Assembly (NCBI GenBank): GCA_030704615.1
Contig: CM060731.1
Span: forward strand, 80,600,001 to 80,664,000
Direction: 5' to 3'
Length of the DNA: 64,000 nt
Source of the DNA: Takakia lepidozioides
Lineage: Eukaryota; Plantae; Bryophyta
The notes beneath the pieces were generated by a model. It searched no databases, was not told where the DNA came from, and was given only the letters and a program-made list of their open reading frames with translations. Shown here piece by piece: positions 23,107 through 34,754 of the stretch. The position numbers and the translations under genes are program-made. How positions within the stretch are numbered: position 1 is the stretch's first letter; each line of letters opens with the position of its first letter.

Positions 23107-25900
23107 TGTCAAGTTAAATAAGCACAGTGTGAAAACAGCTAGCATAAAACTAGTTATTTGTATTTAACACTTGGATTTAGGTCAAGTGTTAAATCAGGTG
23201 TCAAGTTTAGTTTGACACCTGGTCCGTCTTATCTTCACGAGAGCGGCAGTCGCGCAGCTCATCTCTCTCGAGTTGAGCCTGCGCGACCGAGCTCCTTCAT
23301 GCTTTAGAATCTGAGTGTGCTTATGTAGGGGTATAGGTTGTTGTGGGGTGGAGTCCCCATAGCTTGGGGTGCCCTTGGCTCGACTTCTATTATAAAGAGT
23401 GATAGCGATGGATTTCATATGTTTTGTGTCAACAGTGTCTCTGAACTACACACGCCCACATGGTCAAGCCAACAACCTGGTATTCTGGCTGCCCATCAGA
23501 ACGCGCCCTAAGCACTTATGCGCTTGCACAGAGGGTCAAACCAACAGCTTGTTACTCCGGCTACCCAACACTGCACTTCCCCAGCAACCGTATGCTTGTC
23601 CTTATCACGACATCAACTCCTTCATCACTGTGTTTCTCAATACGGAGTTGCCAAAGTCTACATTGTTGATGCCAAGAACAAGAAGCTGTCGCTGCAATAC
23701 TGCTCCAAACAGATACTGGGCTGTAATAATAGACTTTATGTGAGACGACGTGTTGATGTGAACGATAGCAACATGGCTACCATTGTTTCCCCATCGAAGT
23801 CCCCCAAAACAAGCAATCACGAAGCGGGAGCTCCCAAATATAGGTCTTCTATATCTCCCCAGAGTGGCAACATGCAGTGAGCTGGTACTTGTGGCCTTGA
23901 TGTACTAGGGCCCCCGACCTTGGTCTGCTGAAGAAGCCCGCCCGACGATTTTGGCATTTTCTTCACCCTACTTGGTTTACAGATCCAGCGTTTTTCTCTG
24001 ATCGGGTTGTACAGAAAGCTCCTCTGACGTTTCTTTTGAGCTCCTTCCTACGCTTACAGTGTCTTGGCCCCACGTTCCTACTATGTTGTATAAACTCCCT
24101 CTCTAAGCACCACAAATCTGCCTACTGGTGTAGAAATGCAACAGATTCTTTTGTGATTCATAACAGCTTGGACCTTCTAGCGCTCAAAAACTGCATACGG
24201 AACTGCCGCCGCACCCCGTTGCAGACATACAGGAGCTTGGATTATTTGACCATTCAGCTGCACCCACTTCTACCCCCAAGTTCCCCCCAGCAAGATGTGC
24301 GATCCCACATCAAGGCTGCTACCCGCCCACAGACTCACCCCGAGCATCATGTGGCTTCTCTTACTATTGATGGGACTCATTATGTGGACAGTCCAAGGTT
24401 TGCAAAGCAGAAAACGTATAACTCAGACTTGGGCTTGGTCTCCATGATCATCACTCCAATCTCCCAAGCTACAACACAACAGAGGACATGATGTGCAGGT
24501 CGAACAGGGCCTAGCAAATGCTCCCGTCTTTACACAGAAAGTGCATACGAACATGAGATGCTGCCGACAATGGTGTCAGGAATTCAAAGAACTAAGTTGG
24601 GTTTCACCACACAGTCGATGAAAGGTTACATTCCAATCTGTTCTCCCCCATCGTTGCTGGAGCAACACCAAGGGACCGCAGATGTAAGGGCAGGAGCTTG
24701 CTGGTGGTTCAATCTCCTCTCGACCCGCAAAGGCACGCACCAACACCAGCCCTCTAGCATCTCTCTCACCAATGCGCTAAGTGGTTTTTCGCACCCCAGT
24801 TGGTTTGCCTCTTTGCTCTCCACACAATGACCTTGGTCCAGGTCAATGTACAAGATAAGTACCTAAATCTTCACTCCCACACATCTATGCTCTTCAAATC
24901 ATATTGCCTTCAAATCACTAGCCGGCATACCAAGCCTCCACCTCAAGCTGAATTCTCTAATAAAATTGTTGGACTTGCTACCTCCCTGCCCAACCATATG
25001 TCATTCTCTCTTGTCTCTCCAGATTATCTCCTGGGAACTACTCCGATGAAATCCATACTATGCAATATGCCCATTACAATCACTGCATTGAAAACCTTTG
25101 TTAATGTGAAACTTCCATCATGGATGTTGTCATTTAAAGTTACTGTCATGACTGCTACTTACATGAATTCTCCACCACATGCTACGCAAACTACAGACAA
25201 TCGCTCACAAACTGTGTCAAACACCGTGCTCTTTGCAATGAAGTTCTTAAAAACTAGTTCCGTGACTCTCCCGTCATATATTATGCTCTTTGCAGATAAA
25301 GTCTTGCATGCAACTACTTTTGTGGAAACCCTACCACGCACTTTGCTCTTTGTCAATAAACTCCTGAAAACTATCTTTATGACACCCCTGTCAAACACGA
25401 TGCTCTGGACCATCCCATCCAGCCAGCCTTCTTTTCGCCACTGTGACTGTTGTGCTTCAAGTCATATATCTACTGCAACTACTCCAGATCCTCTCTCTTA
25501 TTACATGCTCTCTGCAAATAGGCCTACCTGCACGAATAATACTGATAATCCTGATTGGGTGGAAGCATATAGCAGAAGTGCTAAGTTGGACTTCAGACCC
25601 CCTGTCTCTGAGTCTGTGCGGGGGGCATTTTGGCCAACAAACACTAGCAAGCGTGCAACACTTCAGACATTAACCCAGCAAGACAAGCCACAAAGGGAAG
25701 TCACTTTCCATGATGTTTGTGCTGCCTACTTTGCTTTTCACTTCAGATATCAGTTTTGGATATTGTATCATGGGTATGCTCCTAATAGTGTGATCTCCTA
25801 CATCTCTCCACATCTATATAATTCAAGGGCTTTTGCCACATGTATGCATTTCAACACTGACGTATACTTCTATGTCTATTCCTCCTCACTCTTGTTAAAG

Positions 25901-26391
25901 GTGACACCCAATCAAGTTCCATCTGCTGGTGTTCTGAAGGTGTGTGCCAGACTAGCTGGCCTGGAGAAGGGCAAACAGGGCCCTGCTAACATCATGAGAG
26001 CTGGAATTGAGCCACATTTCATTCTGGCCACTGCCTTGGTCGACATGTATGCCAAATGTAGTAGCACGAATGATGCCTGCCAAGTGTCTAACAAATTGCG
26101 GCAAAGAAATGTGGTCTCATGTAATGCAAAGGTCACATGATATGCTAAGCATGGTCGTGGGAGGGAGGCCTTGGAGGCTTATGATCAAATGACTCGGGAA
26201 AACGTGACACCCAATCAGGTTCCATCTGCTGGTGTTCTACAGGTCTATGCCAGACTGGCAGGCTTGGAGAAGGGCAAACAGGTCCCTGCTAACACCATGA
26301 GAGCTGGAATTGCGCCAGATATCATTCCGGCCACAGCCTTAGTCGACATGAAAGCCAAATGTGGCAGCATACATGATGCACGCCAAGTGTT
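25901..26391 (+). pseudogene. PLS-class pentatricopeptide-repeat (PPR) gene fragment, ~1.6 P-L-S triplets
   Basis: VTPNQV..GVLKVCARLAGLEKGKQ...TALVDMYAKC...RNVVSCNA..*YAKHGRGREALEAYDQM; 303-bp (101-aa) period between 25901 and 26204; in-frame stop at 26138-26140. Confidence 0.85.
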
Positions 26392-27064
26392 TGTTTGCAA
26401 CGTTAGGGTGCAGCTGCGCCCTATGACATATAGGGACCTCTCCTATCCCCCCTCTTTCTTATGGTTGTTTCCTACTACAGATCTGGTCAGATGCTCTTAT
26501 TCCTATTGCTATGGATTACCTATTTCTGATCTGCAGACCTCAAGATCTGTTCTCCCTAATACTCACATGCCCTGTACTCCCATCTTGCAGGCTCACCCGA
26601 TTAAACTCCAAGGACACCCTACAGCCAGGGACTGTGAATCCCAACATACTACTCCCTGCCCACTATTGAACAAGGTATCCCAGTTTGATAACTCAGACGT
26701 GAGGCCTCTCAATTTAACTCCACTGAAGCAAGGCCTTAGCGCAGGTACTCATCACTCTGCCTTTATAGACTATATTCCAGATCTACTCACTTGTTCACCA
26801 CGATTACCTCATACTGTATGTTGTGTAATTGATTTCCGTACAAACTTACAGATTGTAATCTCAGACATGCGTGCCCGTGCTCCCTATGAATCTCCACCTA
26901 ATCATACTGGCTTATGTTCTCCGAGGCATAATTTCACTCCGTCCACAAGTGATAGTACTTTATGGTATCAAGTTCCGGCTATATGCCACATCCGTGGCAG
27001 ACACTATCTAGTTAACGTACAATTTTTTTATACCTCCGTGATATGTACCACTCCATGACTCCCC

Positions 27065-27715
27065 CAGTGTTCTTCTATGCCATTTCTCGAACAATTACCA
27101 CTCAGTACATTACCACTCTCTTTTACAAGATATTGGGAACTATTGGCTACAGGAAAATGCTACTTCACTTTACTGCTCTAACCTCAACAGTGCTCTCCTA
27201 TGCTATTTCTCGAATGATTGCCACTCATTACATTACCACTCTCCTTTACAAGATATTTGGAACTACTGGCTACCTTGGGAAAATGCTACCTTCGGAGATT
27301 GCTACCTTGGGAAATTGCTACCTTGGGAAACTGTTACCTTGAGAAAATGTTACCTTGGGAAAATGCTACCTCATTTTATCGCTACCTGATTTTACCCACA
27401 TCATCATTTATCAACTCTCTATCACAAATTCGACCGCACCAGAGATTCTTTGTGTGTGAAACAAATGGCTTTTACATAAGTCTTCATTACTACTCTCATC
27501 CATGTCCTCTCCCGAATGCACATCATCCACCATATATCAACAACTATCTATCACAAATCCCACCGCACCAGAGATTCTCTGTGCGAGAAACAAATGGCTT
27601 TTACAAAAGTCTTCATTACTACTCTCCCTCTCCCGAATGCATATCATCCACCATCTACCAACTATCTACCACAAATCCCACCGCGCCAGAGATTCTCTAT
27701 GCGTGAAACAATTCC
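27065..27715. repeat. Cluster of tandem repeats (123-bp x2, ~17-bp GCTACCTTGGGAAAAT x~6, ~131-bp x~2.3)
   Basis: Units are directly visible at 27065/27188, 27269-27371 and 27421/27550/27670. Confidence 0.8.
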
Positions 27716-28011
27716 ATACCTTGGATGCCCAACTCACAAACCTTCCCACATCAATTTGCCCTCCCTTTCCCCTACAAGCTACATCATCTATTATTACACC
27801 TCTCAACTACCTAAACACAAGACACAACCTCGCACCATCTATCTTCTCCCCAATGTCCTCCGTTATCTATATCGTCCGCTCCTCCTAACTTATGACCAGC
27901 ACGAACGCTATCCAATACATTTAGTTCTTAAACCTCGTTCCGTCGAATATATTCCTCCTATATACTCAAGCCCTAAAAGCTATTTCATACATTACTTACC
28001 ATTTCCCTACC

Positions 28012-30021
28012 TTGTCTACCATGCTACCCCCCATATATTCTAAACACCTTAAGACGCTCCATTATATATACCCCCAGCCCTACCCAATTACTTATAGCCC
28101 GAATGTCCGGTATCAACTATTCCCAGAAAAATCTAAACACTACTATCACCACCCCCCTGCACTCGATACTGCATACTTAAACACTTGCTCAACCCTCATC
28201 TTGTTAAGATGTGGCGATATTCATCCAAACCCCGGGCCCTTCACTATCAGCGACATTATCCAAGAACTTCCCAAAGACGCACAAGACAGATACGCACTAT
28301 ACTTCCAGCCAGACACGATGCACAACTACAACCATATCTCTGACCACTTCACACCATTCTTCACGCACGTCCCACCTCCCGACCATACGCCCACGCATTA
28401 CATCACAACTTTTGGACTCCCCCCCAGTCGCTACCCAGCACTTTCCAAAGCCCTGCAAAAACTCAAAGCCTTCCCCAAGACCCATCTTCTTTTCTCCCTT
28501 ATAATCATCATCTCCCCGCTGCCTGAAACATGTAATGTTTATCTTCACTCTCACTCAATCTCCCAAATACGTACCTTTCTCCACAAAATACAAAGCCTAC
28601 CGCCGCTCCCCCATAATTACTTGGGCCCACCACACTACCTATCTACTCTTCACTCATCTCTAAATCTGTTGCAAACCCAACCAGGCGCCGTGCATAAGAT
28701 TCTCGGTGACCACCTAGCCACCATAACCGTTCCCAACCCAGACCTTCTGGAAACCACTAACAAATTTCCCTTCATCTCCCAAGACATCCTCGCCGCCACA
28801 CTGAAAGCCATTACCCCCCTCCCTGGGTTCTCCCCGCCATCCGTAACTACACCCCCCTCCCCACCACCACCACCCGCACCCTTTCAACCCACCCGCATCC
28901 TATCTCTATATCCGAAAGTAACACCAATTCATTTATTATCACCTCCTGGAACGTCGGTTCTCTTGCTACTAGTATCCAGAGCCTCATCCACCTCCTTACT
29001 GACTCCACCTCCCCCCATATCATACTACTACAAGAAACCAAGCTGCACACCAGCAACACTAATAGCTCATACATCAATAAACTCCTTCCGGACTACTGCC
29101 TGATCTTATACGGTAACCCCCTCACCACCCCACAATGTCTCCTCAAGCACTCCGCACCATACAAACCCACTAGGGGCGGTGTTGCACTCGGCATCCTATG
29201 TTCACATCACTCACCAAGCACCACCACTAAAATAACTCTACCCATTCATCTTCGATCTCACCTCCAAAACGTCCAACTACATCCGTCAGCACTACGCCCC
29301 ATTATCCTCATTCATCTATATATGCCTTCTCACGTGGAGGACCTACCACTTATACCCGATATACTAAACACCATATCCAACACAATGACCAACCCCGATC
29401 ATCTACAATACCATATCATATTAGCAGGAGACTTCAACAGGGACATTGCTCTACTTGGCCATACCTTCAATGGCACGCATAAACCCCCTACGCAAGTTGA
29501 TCGTGACTGGGCTTGGTTCACGTCACAACACCTTCTCAAATATATCCCCACGGACCATCACTACTCCAGACAAGGAGGACTCAACTACTCCTCACAAAGC
29601 CTCATAGATGGATTTTTACCTCAGAACTGATGAGGACATCCCCCTATATCTTATGAGTCACGTACACATAGATAGTCCATGCAACTCTGACCACTACCCT
29701 ATATCCCTCTCCCTCCCTCCATCGCTTATTCCCTTTCGACCCATCCCCGACGTACACATACCCCCTTCTCAACCGCGCCTCCTCTCCCCCATACCCCAAC
29801 GCAATATCGTCGCCTTCCAAACTCACTTTCAACCCATCGCTTCCGCTCTAATACTACAACTTTCCCACATTCTCTCTGACTCAAACATTTCTCAACACCT
29901 AGACACTACCTGGCTTCAAGCCGAACTCACCCTCACATCCATCCAACAATTAATGACCACCAGTGTATTAGCCATCTGCTCTGCCCCTCCAGAAATCCCT
30001 CAGACCACGCGTTCAAAATAG
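28012..30021 (+). mobile_element. APE-type non-LTR retrotransposon (LINE) ORF2 5' portion with a 2A-like motif and endonuclease; truncated before the RT domain
   Basis: LILLRCGDIHPNPGP at 28195-28239. APE motifs across frameshifts: ITSWNVGSL, IILLQETKL, GGVA, LYMP, IILAGDFN, SLIDGF, SDHYPI. Confidence 0.85.
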
Positions 30022-33000
30022 AACGGGGGTCATTGAATTGCTATGTGTATATAGTCAGCCCTCACATTGCTTACTGACTTGTGGCATGGGTTTGTTTGTG
30101 GCATGGATTAATTTGTAGGAAACACTATCAGGGTGCCCTCCTACATTATATGAAATTCAAGAGGGTTCAGTGTCACGGTTGTCAGCTAGGAGTGACAGGC
30201 GGGTAAGTGTGTTTTCCACGTTTGCTAGAGTGGTTGCTGCATCATAGGTTGCTAGGGTTTTTTTCACGGCTTTTGGCCTGGGTTTTCTTTCCAATGGTTG
30301 TTCATGCTAGGTTTTTTGGGTTTGATTCATACTTGGGCAAGTTTTCATGGATTGGCAGGAGGGAAGTCTCGCATATTCTACAGTAGTTGGCAGGATTGAT
30401 GGCTTGGACAAACTGGTGGAATCACAAGGACGTGACATGGCAGAATTAAAATTACAGATGCAGAGTATGATTGAGTACCAGAAAGCCATTGTGACGAGAT
30501 TGGGGATTAATCTACCAGGCGCAGGACCAGTGACATCTACGATGGATACGTCTGCTGTGACAGTATCAAAATGTTTGGAATCCCAATTTCAGACGGTAAC
30601 TGGTGCTCACTCTAAGCCCTTATGTCTTCCTGTCACTGATGATCTTTTGAATTTGACTGAGCAGCAGCAGGATACAGGGAAGGCCAGCTGTGAGGTACAC
30701 GTGGAAATTCAGCCATTGCCACATACAAAGGCAGTAGCAGTCCAGGGGGCAATGGTGACAGAGCGGCCGGGACACCAGATTCTGGTATGCAGGTATGTGG
30801 GAGTTTAGATGGGGAGGAAGATGCAGACGGGGACAAAACAAACAAGCAGGTTGCTTTAATTTCTCCTGCTAACATGTTGAAGCCAAATGTCAGTTTACTT
30901 CCTGGACCAACGAGGAAGCATTTACTAATTCTGGACTTAAATGGTCTGTTATGTGAATCTTTTCATTCTGCTAATGGGCCTGCATCCCTTCCCAAAGGTT
31001 TTGTGGGGAAGATGTGTGGCAAGAAGATGGTAGTTTTGAGACCACGCTGTTATGACTTTTTGCAAAAGTGTTTTGAACACTTTGAGGTGGCGGTGTGGTC
31101 TTGTTGCCAAGCTCGCAACTTCTTCCCAATGGTGGACTATATTTTTGCAGCCCACACTAACCTGGTTTTCCAGTGGGATGCCTTTTCACTGTGACGAGGA
31201 TCCAGTCCTCCCATGCCGTAAGGGGTCTGATTCAAAGCCATTATATTTCAAGAACTTGTCTACAGTGTGGGCAGACTGGCCAGAATGGACTTATGAGGAC
31301 ACTGTTCCTGTTGACGACACAGCAAGAAAGGCGGCAAACAATCCTCCCTTCAGTGGGATTTTTCCAGAGCCATGGAAGGTGCAACCAGATTCACCAACTG
31401 ATGAGTATCTAACAGAGGTGTTGTGGCCTTTCTTGTGGAAGACATCGAAAGCTGCCAGTATTCCCAAGTTTTTGGAGTCTCAGCCTGTTTTCGGACAACA
31501 ACCATACAACACTGCTACTATGAAGGTACAAACATTCTGACAGTGCTCCAGAGGCTACATTTTTGTGGGTTCATTCATTGCATTGCTTTCCTGGATGCTT
31601 CTCCTCGGTTGCTTGATTAATGCTAGGTTTTCTTTGCAGCTTTTCATGTTGGTTTTTTTTGTTTGATTCATACTTGGATTTTGTTTCTATTCACTATTCC
31701 TGTTTGCTCATTGCTTTCTTGGTTGATCTCTGGTCTGTGACACAGGAACTTGTGACAAACAAAGGTGATATTGTCGACAAGCCGGTACAGACGAGGGGCA
31801 AGAGTGTCGACCCGGCGAGTAGCCCCCCAAAAGAGGTCTCACCACCACTAGAGACTGCAAATGGAGTAAGTCCAGGCCGTTGTCTTGTCTGTTATATTTT
31901 TTCCAACCTTGGGGCTCTCTTTAACTCGCAAATGTTGAGTGTCCTAGTCGTGTGTATGTCATGGGTTTTCACATCGTGTTCTTTTTTGTGTGGAGTTGGG
32001 ATCACAGTTCAGGGTGGGTGACGAGGTTCGGTTGTTGGATGTGAACTCCAAACGCAAGAAATGTGGAGTAGGGCTGATTGTTGCTCTTCAAGGTGCTGTG
32101 GTGGGTTACGGGTACCCTGCTGTGCCCCTTGATTATGCCTGTGTGTACATCAAAGAGGCATGTGTCAGTAACACCCCTCTACCATATGTGAATGGTGTTA
32201 GGAAACAGACCGAGTTGGGGCAGGTGGTTGGCCAGACAACACTTTGGAGTCTAAAGTTACTGAAACTTATGGAGCTGCGGAAGGGATAGTCAGTATTGCA
32301 CTGTTTAACAGAGTTCTTGATTCTAATAGCACTAGAACATACTAGCTACAACAATTCAGCCCATGTGTGGGCTTACTTGTTTTTGGCTGGGCCTTTTGAG
32401 GCATGGATTTTTTGACCTTGTGGCTTTTGAGGTGTCCATTGGGATATTGGTCTCATTTGGATTTTTGTAATGTGATTTATAGGGCTTGTATTGCCCTGTA
32501 CTTGACTATTTTCATTCTCCTTGTGGTTGATAGTATGCAGGAGGGATCCATTCTGTTTTCATGTTGGAATTTCACCATGTAATGAAGATTTTAAATCATT
32601 TAATTCACTTTCACTTTAAATAATAATATTAAAAATAATACCATTAAAAAAAAATCCAAGGCTGCAATCTCCCTGTTCTTTTAAATATTAAATGACAACT
32701 AAAAATTAAAATACGAACATTAAAAATATAAACTATTTCGGAAAACAATCTTGATGACACGTGGCATCACTCTTGCTCAAACCAGAACACGTGGCAGTAT
32801 ATGACACGACATTCTTTATCCATATTTTCACCACGTGTAAAGATCCGTAGTCATATATGCTAGGTATATATTTTGTCTGTGTGCCACATGTCACATCTCA
32901 AGTGCAACAGGTGTCCCGCTAATATCTCTCCATGTAGACATCCCTGTAGTCATATGAGCGAGTCATGTAGTCACCACGTGTGAAATCTGCCATAGCACAC

Positions 33001-33466
33001 GTGTCTCGCTAGCGCCTCTCCATGTAGGCATCACTGTGCAAACATGTAGTCATATGATCATGGCAAGAAGTCGTGACATGTCAAATTCGTAGTGGCGCAC
33101 GTGTCCATCCGTCGCCTCTCCATGTAGGCATCACTTTGCAGACATATAGTCATATGATCCCCTGACGAATGCATGCTGTGTTGCTTGTGCAGTGGCGCAC
33201 GTGTCCCGCTGAAGCCTCTCCATGTAGGCAGCGCTCAACAGACAATGTAGTCATATATTAGTCATATAGTTGTGACTGCAACCCTATCTGCAGCAGGACT
33301 CCAGGTGTCACGCAAGCAGTCATGGATATGACTTGCAAAACGCAGTCCTAAAGACTAGTCGCTATGACAGGGCTTTATTCACCACAGAGTGATGTAGTCA
33401 TGAACGCATATAAGACTGAAAAAATAGTCATATGTGAAGTCATAAAAACGCTCATCTGTTGTAGTG
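30022..33466 (+). mobile_element. Right-hand part of a CACTA element carrying an FCP1-TNP1 accessory gene
   Basis: Terminus ...CATCTGTTGTAGTG at 33466 (reverse complement CACTACAACAGAT, the same first 13 nt as the MITE at 19954). Dense AGTCATATG subterminal repeats at 32850-33440. The left end was not found. Confidence 0.85.
30347..32289 (+). pseudogene. FCP1/NIF (CTD small phosphatase-like, HAD) domain spliced to a TNP1/En-Spm-like C-terminal domain; two frameshifts
   Basis: RKHLLILDLNGLL..LRPRCYDFLQKCFEHFEVAVWS...KPLYFKNLSTVW...DDTARKAANNP. Exons 30347-31525, 31746-31865 and 32008-32289 are GT-AG and all phase 0. The last exon reads FRVGDEVRLL..VGLI...PLDYACVYI...TPLPY...LGQVVGQTTLW. Confidence 0.75.
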
Positions 33467-34545
33467 GGTGGATGTGTGTATGTAATGCTCCATAAGGTGA
33501 AGTGTTTTTCACAAAATTGCTAATTTTCTGCCAAAAATGGCCTTTGGAGTGCAATCTGAATTCTGATCCCTACTAGCATTTCAGGCGAAACTCACGCGGT
33601 ATTTCCCGACGGAATATACTCTATTTTGGAGGGCCACATTTTGGCCGTCTCCCCTTAGCATTATATTGCAGCGGCGGGCCCGTGGAGAGCCTTGCGTTTC
33701 ATCCTGTCAACCCCTAAGGGCCATTGGGTGGGCTGCCGCCGCGCCCTAAATATGTTTTGGGCTTGTTTACCTACCACGTCAGCGGTCAACAAGCCCTTTC
33801 TAGACCCAAAACGTGATTAATTATCTAAGATATTTTATGTAGGTCGCAGCTTTTATCTTTAAAAAAAAATAAAAATCTTTTTGCATCATGCTCGAGACAA
33901 ATCCCTTGTCATTAAAGCTTCAGGAGTGGCCCCATCAGATTAGATCTGCAGAAATTAGGTCAAACTGAAAATTCAAAGTGACCCGATTCAGGTCGCTTGG
34001 GAACTTAAGGGTTAAATTGCCGAATATATGGGTTCATAACCTGCTTCTTTTGGACCACTAGTTCCGGTGCAAATTAAATAAACAAAAAATACAAGACCAC
34101 TGGTTCTCCGCCAGATCCGGTTATCTCATGATCCATGTATATCCGGTGGTTCTTATTGGAGGCGGATAGTTGATTTTTAGACCTCCGGGAGATCCACATA
34201 TACAAATCTGGGTTGGGATCCGCCGGGGGTTTGACGCTGAATCAAATATAAGCGCAACACTGATGATGACCGTTTTGGTTTTCATTTGGACATATTTGTA
34301 TAATTGTCATGGTTTTAGTGATCATGGTTAGTTAGAAATGTGTCAAGTGAGGTGATGAATTTCACTTGGGATATGAAGAGGCTTGTCTCCACGTGAGGCC
34401 CACGTGTCGAGTCGAGCTTCCCGAGGCCTCTCTCACTGCCATAGCTCTAGTTCTTGAGTGATAGAGTGTCTGAGGTCTGTATGGTGGATTCCTTTAGCAA
34501 TGATGTCATTGACTTGACTTATATTGAGTGATAGAGTGGCGTGTT

Positions 34546-34754
34546 ACTGACATGGAGCTGGCACTTTTGAGGGATTTGGAGAAGCGAGTAAAAGCATGTA
34601 CTCGAGCCTCATGTTAGTGGTTGTCTACTCTTGCTTATCACTTTTCTCACTGACATGGAGCTGGCACTTTTGAGGGATTTGGAGAAGCGAGTAAAAGCAT
34701 GTACTCGAGCCTCATGTTAGTGGTTGTCTACTCTTGCTTATCACTTTTCTCACT
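34546..34754. repeat. Perfect tandem duplication, 103 bp x2
   Basis: ACTGACATGGAGCTGGCAC...CACTTTTCTC at 34546 and 34649. Confidence 0.95.
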
